Positions 54,524 to 62,320 of a DNA stretch of 64,000 bases are shown here, in pieces. Every line of letters starts with the position of its first letter. The first letter of the stretch is position 1. The stretch is taken from IMG/VR virus record IMGVR_UViG_3300031746_000001. One strand, written 5' to 3'. Below the pieces are notes generated by a model that saw only the letters and a list, made by a program, of their open reading frames with translations, did no database searches and had not been told where the DNA came from. Both the position numbers and the translations under genes were made by a program. Source of the stretch: a virus.

Positions 54524-54837
54524 CTGAGGCTCCTTTCGATTGACCGCAGAGACGTCACCAGATCGTTCATCGGCCCGCTTTCCGAGCTCTTAACGTAGGT
54601 GTCGACATCCACACCCCCGCACTTCGGGCACCCGTCATTCGCCGCCCGCTCGGCAGAAGCTGTCGTGTAGAACTTCTTCCCGCACTCCTGGCACATGAAC
54701 AAGGGCTCTCCGGCAGACTGGACGACCTGCTTGGTCTGGACCGGAACCACTGCGGCAGACACCGGATCGTGGGCGGCTATTCCAGGGAACAGAATTTGCT
54801 CCAACCGTCCAAAGGCTTCTTTGAATTCCTTGTCCAT
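54520..54837 (-). CDS. Zinc-ribbon protein with a leader-like C-terminus
   Basis: CQECGKKF...CPKCGG; ends MNDLVTSLRSIERSLR. Confidence 0.7.
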   Translation of the reverse strand: MDKEFKEAFGRLEQILFPGIAAHDPVSAAVVPVQTKQVVQSAGEPLFMCQECGKKFYTTASAERAANDGCPKCGGVDVDTYVKSSESGPMNDLVTSLRSIERSLR

Positions 54838-55715
54838 CAGCCCTCCCTCGGCTTGATAATCCCGCCCGCTTCTTCGAACATCTTTCTCGGGTTCTTGGCG
54901 ATCTGCTTGGCGTCCTCCAATTCGCCCTTAAGAAACTCCTTGATCCTGCGGAGCTGTCCGTTCTCCCCTCCCGTCTGACGGTTCAGGATATGGTAGAACA
55001 CGTCGACCAAACCCGACCATCCGATATCACCCTTCGATGGGGGCATCAGCTCATCGGCAATCTTTCCTACGGCATCGTCGTAGGCATCCTTGATGGCATC
55101 GACCATATCCGGATCGGTTAAGGCTTTGGCGTAGCCCTCAGCGTAGTTCCCGAGAGCCTTCACCTCATCGTCGGAGTCCAGCCAGATATCGCCCCGGGCC
55201 GAGTTCAGCCTCCGACCACGCATGATCCGGGAGTCCTCCAAGTCATCATCGTCCTGCTCTTCGATCCCCTCCACAAACCGCAGGAAGTCCCTCTTGATCC
55301 GGTCGCGGTTCTTGTCGTCGATGATATACTTCTCTTTGCGGAGGTTCTCGGCAATGAATTCAAGTTGCCATGAATCCCTGCCAACCGTCTTGTGGGCGAA
55401 GTATTTCTCCTGATCGGGGATCGTGATCTTATACCGTTCCCACATCTCATCATCCCCAAGTTCATGCTCGAGATAGACGTAGCTGTTGGGACCCGTGATA
55501 TCCTCCGGAACGACCCCGCCCGTGGAGACCGTAAGAGTATCCCCCTTCTTGACCCATTGATTCTCATCATACATCACCACGAAGGTGATGCCCCCGAACT
55601 GGTCGTAGAAGGAATGCGTCCACCTCCGGGCGGTGTCATCGTCTACGCCACCACGTGCAGACTGCAGGCCCACCTGGGAGGCTACGTCCTTGACCGCTTG
55701 AAGCAGGTTATTCAT
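54837..55715 (-). CDS. Leader-bearing two-segment protein
   Basis: MNNLLQAVKDVASQVGLQSAR; an internal LNSAR precedes the second segment. Confidence 0.7.
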   Translation of the reverse strand: MNNLLQAVKDVASQVGLQSARGGVDDDTARRWTHSFYDQFGGITFVVMYDENQWVKKGDTLTVSTGGVVPEDITGPNSYVYLEHELGDDEMWERYKITIPDQEKYFAHKTVGRDSWQLEFIAENLRKEKYIIDDKNRDRIKRDFLRFVEGIEEQDDDDLEDSRIMRGRRLNSARGDIWLDSDDEVKALGNYAEGYAKALTDPDMVDAIKDAYDDAVGKIADELMPPSKGDIGWSGLVDVFYHILNRQTGGENGQLRRIKEFLKGELEDAKQIAKNPRKMFEEAGGIIKPREG

Positions 55716-55716
55716 C

Positions 55717-55950
55717 TCAATTCACCCCCGCGATTTTGGTAACGAACTTGGCGATCCGGTCGAGTTCTTCGACGTTCCTCTCAAGCTCCCTTTTTATGCT
55801 ACTATCCTTCTTGAAATGGTCCTGAAGGCCAATGAGCCCGCCCGCCGCCGCTTCGGTATTGTCAAAGGCGTCCTGCGCCTTTCTTAAAAAATCAGCGTCC
55901 TCGTCCATCTTGGACTGCAGGGCTTCAACCGCAGACAGAAGGTTTCTCAT
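55717..55950 (-). CDS. Leader-bearing small helical protein
   Basis: MRNLLSAVEALQSK. Confidence 0.7.
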   Translation of the reverse strand: MRNLLSAVEALQSKMDEDADFLRKAQDAFDNTEAAAGGLIGLQDHFKKDSSIKRELERNVEELDRIAKFVTKIAGVN

Positions 55951-56333
55951 CCCTTCCTCCTTTCGATGTCTTTCATGATCGACTCGGCCCGATCCGAGAA
56001 CTCCTTCGCATGGTTAGCGAAGCCTGCGGCCTCGTCCTTGAGCTGGGCGATCAGGATAAGCTCATCGTCCGAGGCCTTCCGGGCTACGTTCGCCCCGCCG
56101 ATGTAGCCGGACGTATTTCCCCGGAGAGCTTCGACATCATAATGCCTTTCCGGTTTTGCGAACGTGAAGGACGAGGTAAGACGCCCTGACCGGACGGCGT
56201 CCTTCTTCTCATTGTCCCGCTTCTCCATCCGCTTTCGGGTCTCGTCGTCGGGCACGTCCTTCGTCGGGGAGGCGGGGGACATCGGCGCTAGGGAAGGCAT
56301 GGCGGCATTGACCAACCGAATAAGTTCTTTCAT
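55947..56333 (-). CDS. Leader-bearing small protein
   Basis: MKELIRLVNAA; internal RLTSSF. Confidence 0.65.
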   Translation of the reverse strand: MKELIRLVNAAMPSLAPMSPASPTKDVPDDETRKRMEKRDNEKKDAVRSGRLTSSFTFAKPERHYDVEALRGNTSGYIGGANVARKASDDELILIAQLKDEAAGFANHAKEFSDRAESIMKDIERRKG

Positions 56334-56566
56334 GTCAAATCTCCATATCTGGATGTGAATTGAAACTCCCCAGTCTTCCCGAGCTCCTGAAACATCTCGA
56401 GAATTTCCTCAAGCTCGCTCTTGGAATCTACTCTCGACGGGACCCGGGAGGCATTCGGATATCCGGCGACCTTCCGATCCTGCTCATCCTCCGAACGCTT
56501 CACGGTGCGGGCTTGGAACCGGAGCTCAGGTCCAACCTGTGCGATCAGTCGAAGCAGTTCGTTCAC
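56330..56566 (-). CDS. Leader-bearing small protein
   Basis: MNELLRLIAQVGPELRFQAR. Confidence 0.65.
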   Translation of the reverse strand: MNELLRLIAQVGPELRFQARTVKRSEDEQDRKVAGYPNASRVPSRVDSKSELEEILEMFQELGKTGEFQFTSRYGDLT

Positions 56567-56567
56567 C

Positions 56568-56909
56568 CTATAACCTCAACGTCAAAGAAAAGATATCTCG
56601 GGATGCCTTCTTGAACCTCTCGGGATCGATTAGCTGTCCCATCTCAGCAAGGGCATCCAAAGCCTGTCCGGTCTGGGAAAGTATGTCCTTAATGCTCTCA
56701 AGCATATCCGCTCCGGCCATCTCGCGCCTCTTAGGGTTTGGATCAGAGGCCTTCTTGACGGCTTCCAAAACATGATCAGCGAAGTGAGCTATGAGGTTAG
56801 CGCGACCCCTAAGTTCATCGAGTGCACCTAATGGATAACGATCCTCACGGTTCCATACGGCCATCAAAGAGCCTTCAACCAGAACAAGAGAAGATAGAAG
56901 CTCCCTCAT
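56568..56909 (-). CDS. Leader-bearing small protein
   Basis: MRELLSSLVLV. Confidence 0.65.
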   Translation of the reverse strand: MRELLSSLVLVEGSLMAVWNREDRYPLGALDELRGRANLIAHFADHVLEAVKKASDPNPKRREMAGADMLESIKDILSQTGQALDALAEMGQLIDPERFKKASRDIFSLTLRL

Positions 56910-57226
56910 CGGCGTGGCGACACTCCCTGAGTAGTGGACTCCCCGGGCTTGCCTGTTCGCATCATCACATCCCCTCGAGTAAGAAACTCCCCGTTCTTCA
57001 TGATAAACCCGTCGACGAAGCCCGCCTCATCGGGATCCTCCATCAGATCGTAATACCGATCCACCACGCTGGCGGGTAACCGGGCTAACAGCCGAGCATG
57101 GGTCTCCCCCGGCCTGCCCTGGTAGACCCGACCGTCTATCTCGAAGGCCACAGCGTGAACCTGCTTCGCCGGAACCAGATCGACCGCCGAGTAAACCCTC
57201 CGTGTGCATATGAGGAGACAATTCAA
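56906..57226 (-). CDS. Small protein with GF...GEFLTR motif
   Basis: MNCLLICTRRVYSAV; H...DGFIMKNGEFLTR. Confidence 0.6.
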   Translation of the reverse strand: MNCLLICTRRVYSAVDLVPAKQVHAVAFEIDGRVYQGRPGETHARLLARLPASVVDRYYDLMEDPDEAGFVDGFIMKNGEFLTRGDVMMRTGKPGESTTQGVSPRR

Positions 57227-57489
57227 TCCAATCCCGCTTGTTTGAGCCTGGTGTAGTAGTCGGGGTGATCTTTGAGATGCGCCAGGGCGATATGCCCCGT
57301 GGTCACGAGATCCCCGCCGGTGACGTCGTAGTGTTCAAGCTCGTCCGCAAGCCCCATCCGGAACTGCTCCGGATCGACGTCGAAGTCCGGGGCGATATCC
57401 TCAAGCACCTGCTGGGCGATCGCCTGCGATATCTCCTGGTTGATCAGAACCCTTCCTATGCGATTAACGGAGGCCAGAAGCAGGTCCAT
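57223..57489 (-). CDS. DUF5661-like small protein
   Basis: EQFRMGLADELEH...IALAHLKDHPDYYTRLK; start MDLLLASV at 57489 (TGATG overlap). Confidence 0.75.
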   Translation of the reverse strand: MDLLLASVNRIGRVLINQEISQAIAQQVLEDIAPDFDVDPEQFRMGLADELEHYDVTGGDLVTTGHIALAHLKDHPDYYTRLKQAGLD

Positions 57490-57917
57490 CAGTCCCACCA
57501 GAGGCGGATCTCGTTGTTCTCGGCGTTAACCTCGTCGGCCCCGACTTTCCGGGAGTCTTCGATCATCTCGGCAATTTCCTCGAGGGGTCTCTTCCCGCCA
57601 CGGACGTAAACGCACGGCGATCCCTCCCGAGCAAGCTGGACCTCGAGCTTGGGTTCGATCCGCTTCAGGGCTCGGATGCTGTTCGGGGTGAACTCGTTGT
57701 ATGAGTCGATCCCCGCATGTTCGAACTCCCGAGCGGCGTCATCGATGGAAAGCCATCTCGAGTCGCGCCACTCGTAGACCTCCTTCGTGCGCTTGAGATC
57801 GCCCCGCCCCATCCCGTAGACGTCCTTGAGGCTTGTGGCGCTCGAGAGCCGGACCCTCTTGGGCTCTCCAGCCAGGGACTCAAGGCAGGAGTTAATGACG
57901 TTCAAAAGATAGTCCAT
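57489..57917 (-). CDS. Leader-bearing small protein
   Basis: MDYLLNVINSC; AREGSPCVYV...ADEV...IRLWWD; AAGGAGG RBS. Confidence 0.7.
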   Translation of the reverse strand: MDYLLNVINSCLESLAGEPKRVRLSSATSLKDVYGMGRGDLKRTKEVYEWRDSRWLSIDDAAREFEHAGIDSYNEFTPNSIRALKRIEPKLEVQLAREGSPCVYVRGGKRPLEEIAEMIEDSRKVGADEVNAENNEIRLWWD

Positions 57918-57926
57918 GTGGCCTCC

Positions 57927-58334
57927 TTATAAGGTGACACCCGCCCGCTTCGCCATCGAGACGGGATTCTGTGCGGTAGCCTTGCAAGCCGAGATGAGCC
58001 GATCGAGGACGCCATAGAGTGCGGCCTCCATCCCTCCCTGAGTATGCTCGGCCTGCCAATCGACTATGTTCTCTGTGATCGCCAGGATATCGACATCGTC
58101 TCTAAGCCCGGCCTTCTTCATGGCTCCCTCCCACCGCTCCCCGATCGCCTCCATAAGCATCGTATAGAAGTCGCCCTTCTCGGCTTCTATTTTAGTCGCC
58201 ATCTCTGTGGCGAGCTTCGCGACGTTATCCGACATTTCCTGATCGAATCCCGATCCCCGCTGGGACTGCACGGGCGGTCTGGCATTCAGAAAACCCTCGA
58301 GCTCCGATATCGCATTCATCAGAACCTTACTCAT
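57927..58334 (-). CDS. Leader-bearing small helical protein (first gene of the array)
   Basis: True start MSKVLMNAISELEGFLNAR at 58334, after AGGAGG. Confidence 0.7.
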   Translation of the reverse strand: MSKVLMNAISELEGFLNARPPVQSQRGSGFDQEMSDNVAKLATEMATKIEAEKGDFYTMLMEAIGERWEGAMKKAGLRDDVDILAITENIVDWQAEHTQGGMEAALYGVLDRLISACKATAQNPVSMAKRAGVTL

Positions 58335-58358
58335 GAGCCCTCCTATAAAGACAAGAAT

Positions 58359-58390
58359 CCCCAAGCCCTGTTTTCGGCAGGTCTCTGGGG
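58359..58390 (-). terminator. Probable (leaky) intrinsic terminator downstream of the MCP gene
   Basis: Imperfect hairpin CCCCAGAGACCTG-ccgaaaa-CAGGGCTTGGGG followed by the U-rich ATTCTTGTCTTT. Confidence 0.5.
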
Positions 58391-58414
58391 AAGCATGATG
58401 ATGATTTCCTTAGA

Positions 58415-58472
58415 CTGGCGGGGCCGTGTTACAGGCCCCTTCTTATCGCAGAGCTTTGGACGGCCCCGCCAG
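58415..58472 (-). promoter_or_regulatory. GC-rich 13-bp inverted repeat / structured RNA element after the MCP gene
   Basis: CTGGCGGGGCCGT (58415-58427) and ACGGCCCCGCCAG (58460-58472) pair perfectly around a 32-nt loop. Confidence 0.6.
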
Positions 58473-58505
58473 GTTTCCTTGTGAGTTCTCTCTAGTCCCT
58501 CGTGA

Positions 58506-59951
58506 TTACATGTTGAGGACTGTGACGAGGGCGTAGTACTCGGTATAGATGAGCTTCGTGGCATACCGAGTACGGAGACCCTTCTTCAACCCGAAGTCCG
58601 TCGGGTCCATGAACGTCGGGGTCATCTGGATCGGGATATACGGGGCGTAAACGTAGCCCGCATCCATCCAGTAATCCCCCTTCAGGCCCAGCAGAACCTT
58701 GGTCGATGTGAAGTAGGGGTCTACGTAGACCGCCCACTTGGACTGCAGAGTCCCGGCGAAGTAGATCCCGGGTCTCCGAGGCGGGGTCACTGGGACGCCC
58801 GTCTCCGGGACGGAACCGACCGCTGGCCGGAACAGCTGGTGCGTGGCGAACTGGTCGAACAGGGCCGCCACGTCGGGCGAGGTCACGATCCAGTTCGCGG
58901 GCGAACGGAGCGTCCGCTTGTGGATCGCATTCGACGCCGTCGACAAGACGGTTAGGATCGACCGGATGTGATCGATGTCCGAGATGCCGGACGGCACGGT
59001 GCGGTCCCAGTTATACTTCACGACCGCATCGACGTGGGTGTAGATGTCGTTGATGATCTCGCGGTCGACTTCCAAGCCGATCTGGCTGGAAACCCCGGCC
59101 ACGAGTTCCGACTCCACGTCGATTCCGTGCAGGGCCCGCAGGTCTTCTGCGGACTCCGTGGACCAGACGGCCTTGAGCTTGCGGCTCCGCGCCCGAACCT
59201 CGGCGATCTCCACGGCCACGTCCACTTCCGGGACCGCCGTGTTGAGCTCGCTGTTGTATTCGTAGAACGCGGTGACCACGCCCACCTTCTGCGAGGTCAA
59301 AGACGGAATGACCATGGCGAAGGCGCCGTTGGTGTAATTGATCGACCCCGAGGCTCCGACTGCGTCACCGACCAGGGTGCCCGACCCGTTGGCGTCGGTG
59401 TAGCGGATCGTCCGGGGGGACGTCTCGTTGGTCACGACGGTGATGATCGGCCCTGCGGCTCCGGCGTCGGTCGCCTTCTTCACAGGGGTGAAATCCAGCG
59501 AAGCGGAGTAGGTCAGGTCCCCGCCGCCTCCGGCTGGGGTCGTCCCGACTGCCTCGTTGCTGATCGTCTCCGACGAGTAATACATGTCGAAGTTTGCGAT
59601 CATCTCCGTGCCCTTCGTGGTGGCGCCCTTCTCGGTCCCGTATTTGACCTTGAAGTAGGACACGGCGCCCACGGGGGCATTCATGGGCTGGACGGACACA
59701 ATCTCGTTGGAGATCAGGAACGGCCAGACCCTCCGAACCACCGGGAACACGTGCTTCGTGTAGTAGCCCGCATCTCCGGTCGTCGTGCTCCCGGCGTTAG
59801 CCAGGTAGATCAAGTGGTCCATCTCGTTCTCGAGGAGCCGGGACACGCAGAACTTCCGGTACGGCTCCTTGATCGAGCGAGTGAGACGGTGCCACTTGCT
59901 CATCAAAGCCTGGGCTTCGGGAGTTTTCCAGGCTGTCAGCAACTGTTCCAT
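58506..59951 (-). CDS. Major capsid protein (T4 gp23-like)
   Basis: LLEN, FPVVRRV, VSVQPMNAPVG, RSRKLKAVWSTESAEDLRALHGIDVESEL......EVDREII, ANWIVTSP, YAPYIP, DF..KKGLRTRY. Confidence 0.97.
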   Translation of the reverse strand: MEQLLTAWKTPEAQALMSKWHRLTRSIKEPYRKFCVSRLLENEMDHLIYLANAGSTTTGDAGYYTKHVFPVVRRVWPFLISNEIVSVQPMNAPVGAVSYFKVKYGTEKGATTKGTEMIANFDMYYSSETISNEAVGTTPAGGGGDLTYSASLDFTPVKKATDAGAAGPIITVVTNETSPRTIRYTDANGSGTLVGDAVGASGSINYTNGAFAMVIPSLTSQKVGVVTAFYEYNSELNTAVPEVDVAVEIAEVRARSRKLKAVWSTESAEDLRALHGIDVESELVAGVSSQIGLEVDREIINDIYTHVDAVVKYNWDRTVPSGISDIDHIRSILTVLSTASNAIHKRTLRSPANWIVTSPDVAALFDQFATHQLFRPAVGSVPETGVPVTPPRRPGIYFAGTLQSKWAVYVDPYFTSTKVLLGLKGDYWMDAGYVYAPYIPIQMTPTFMDPTDFGLKKGLRTRYATKLIYTEYYALVTVLNM

Positions 59952-60012
59952 GCTCTAACTCCTTATGTGTGTGCTTGTTGTGTGACGGTATCGGCCATCT
60001 TAGATAGCCGAA

Positions 60013-61536
60013 TTACTCTTCGCCCGACAATTGGGCGATTCTTTCCATCGACATCCCCGTGAGCTGTTCGATTGCCGTCCCCCGCCCGGTTCCCCGGGAT
60101 TCGAGAACGACGTCCTCGTTCAGCAACGTGGCTCCTCTCCGCATGCCCTGTTGGACACGCTGAAGAAGGGCCCCGGGGGAGTCCGGGGAACGGTCCACCC
60201 ACTCCCTTAACTGCACGGCTGTGGAGATGTCGCCGGATTCGACGAGCATCCCCAGTTTGTTTCGAAGGTTGATTACGTCAGACCGATGAGAGATCTGCCT
60301 CTCAGCTTCCAGCATTAACTGCACCCTCTTCGCACGAGCAAGGGCAGACGTGGCGCTTTCCTTCTCGATGGCCACCTGGTTCCTGAGAACATCCACCTCC
60401 CCACGAGTGATCTTCAAGTCCTTCGTCAGCTTGGCCACCTCGGACGTAAGCTCGGCTTCCTTCTCGTCGGCCTCCCCCACGCCCCGCTTGATGACCTCGA
60501 GCTGTTCCTGGGCTTTCGCGATCACGCCTTTGGCCTGCTCCAACTCGGCACTCTTGCCCGTGAGCTCGACCTCCAGCTTTTTCTTGTCATCGGCGGCTCC
60601 GGCCTTCTCCTTCTCGTCCACCTCGTCGGTCTTCTCGATCCCCATCGCTTCGGCGACCTGCTGGGCGGTCTTGGTCAGCTCGTTGATATCAGCGAATCTC
60701 CCCAGGTCACCCAGGGCGGCCATGAGAGCCCCGGCCTTCGGGCTCCGGCCATATTGCTGATTCAGGAAGAGCTTGAATCCCAGGTTCTTATACTCGTCGC
60801 GATAGGTGTTCGCGAGCTTGGTCAGGCGATCGACTTCTGCCTTCAGCGTGGCAACAGCTTTGTCCTTATCCGCTTCCAGCACGACCGCCTCCCCGACAGG
60901 CTTGATTTGAGTCAGCTTAACGCTTGCCGCGACCTCCTCGTGGAGCATCTCTTTCAGCTTGCCCGTAATCTCCTCGACCAGCTTTTTCCGAAGTTCGTCA
61001 TTTCCCATCAACATCTCCTCGTTAAAGATGATCTCTTCTGGCCAGGTAGAATCAGCGGGCTCGGAAACTGCATCAAACGTCAGGAGCCTGAAATCGTCGT
61101 TCACGTTAAATGTGTCACCCTCCTGCGCCAACGACCCGAATCCCCGGCTCGAGATCCCCACCTTCGCACCCGACTTAAGGATGCTCCGGAGGTTGTTCCC
61201 TCGCTCGGTATCCAGGACTTCGGCCTCTCCGATGACCTTCCCGCCGTCACAGCGGAGGTCCGTAATGATGTGGCTGACCTCGTTCAGGCGGGTCCGGCCA
61301 TCGGCAGGGTGGTCCAGGCATCCGAAGAGCTTCCGATCTTTCATCAACGGTCTTAGTCTCGAGATCTCACGCTCCCAGAGCGCATGGGGGTACACTCGGT
61401 TGTTCTTGTTCGGATTGTCCGCCAGAGCGAACTCCCCTCGCATGATCACCTTGCGAGCCCCACCGCCAGGCGCATCCTGCTCGACTAACTGCAAGCCTGG
61501 GGCGTCGTAGACTGTGGTTAAGAGTAACTTCTCCAT
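60013..61536 (-). CDS. Prohead protease (T4 gp21-like) fused to a coiled-coil scaffold domain
   Basis: N.N.RVYP, GCLDHP, VSHIITDL, GISSRGFGSL, FDAVSEP; followed by about 330 aa of charged coiled coil. Confidence 0.93.
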   Translation of the reverse strand: MEKLLLTTVYDAPGLQLVEQDAPGGGARKVIMRGEFALADNPNKNNRVYPHALWEREISRLRPLMKDRKLFGCLDHPADGRTRLNEVSHIITDLRCDGGKVIGEAEVLDTERGNNLRSILKSGAKVGISSRGFGSLAQEGDTFNVNDDFRLLTFDAVSEPADSTWPEEIIFNEEMLMGNDELRKKLVEEITGKLKEMLHEEVAASVKLTQIKPVGEAVVLEADKDKAVATLKAEVDRLTKLANTYRDEYKNLGFKLFLNQQYGRSPKAGALMAALGDLGRFADINELTKTAQQVAEAMGIEKTDEVDEKEKAGAADDKKKLEVELTGKSAELEQAKGVIAKAQEQLEVIKRGVGEADEKEAELTSEVAKLTKDLKITRGEVDVLRNQVAIEKESATSALARAKRVQLMLEAERQISHRSDVINLRNKLGMLVESGDISTAVQLREWVDRSPDSPGALLQRVQQGMRRGATLLNEDVVLESRGTGRGTAIEQLTGMSMERIAQLSGEE

Positions 61537-61570
61537 CCGAGCCTCTCCCTAAGACCGGGTTACTCCCGGC

Positions 61571-62293
61571 TTAGACCGGGATGTCTTCCGGATTGGGCTT
61601 CTTCTCGACCAGGGTCGGGTTGTCCGGATCGTCGGTGTCGTGGAGCTTCTTGGTCGTCCCTGCGGCCGGTCCCGGGCCGAGCGCCTGGTCGACTTCCTGG
61701 GCCACCTGCAGGAACCGATCCATCACGGCCAGCACGTCCTGGGTCGAGGACTTGATCTCCTCTTCCTCGGGCTTCTGAGCGGCCGCCTGCTTGGTGAGCT
61801 CCTTGTCCGCCGTGTCGAGATCGTCGGCGGCCATCGTCGCGTCCTTCTTGTCGATGACCCCCTCCTCCGACAGGATGCGGAACTTGCTGGACAGGACGCT
61901 GATCATCTTCTTGACGTTGACGATCACGTCTTCGGGCTTGTCCTTCACGGAGGCGCTGGACAGCCGACGTCCGAGGCGCACCCTTGCCGCCTCGAGACGC
62001 CACATCGTCTCGCGCTGTTCGCTGGACCCGAGCTCCAGCCGCTTGGCCGCACGGGCGCAGGCCACACGGCCCGTGCCGCTCGCCAGCCAGGCCTTCCGAT
62101 CGGCGCTGTTATTCAACGCCGGGCTCTTCTCGATCTCATCCCGACCTTTCGGGGGATCGTCATGTTCCTCCCCCGGGACCGGTGGATCGACGCCTGGTTC
62201 TTCTTGCCGGTCCTCTGCGACCAGCAATTTTCCCAGCCCGAGGATTTTCAAATCCTCCTCGAGCGTGGAGAGTCGTCCCGTCTTGTAAGGCAT
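61571..62293 (-). CDS. Acidic prohead core-like protein
   Basis: 240 aa, charged and helical, between portal and protease; AGGAGG RBS. Confidence 0.6.
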   Translation of the reverse strand: MPYKTGRLSTLEEDLKILGLGKLLVAEDRQEEPGVDPPVPGEEHDDPPKGRDEIEKSPALNNSADRKAWLASGTGRVACARAAKRLELGSSEQRETMWRLEAARVRLGRRLSSASVKDKPEDVIVNVKKMISVLSSKFRILSEEGVIDKKDATMAADDLDTADKELTKQAAAQKPEEEEIKSSTQDVLAVMDRFLQVAQEVDQALGPGPAAGTTKKLHDTDDPDNPTLVEKKPNPEDIPV

Positions 62294-62320
62294 TGTGGGT
62301 CCTCCTATCGTGTTAAACGG

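Noticed and set aside
58968-60062. 364-aa plus-strand ORF, and the other plus-strand ORFs in the track
   Set aside because: Antisense to the MCP or other clear genes; I found no credible plus-strand gene in the window.
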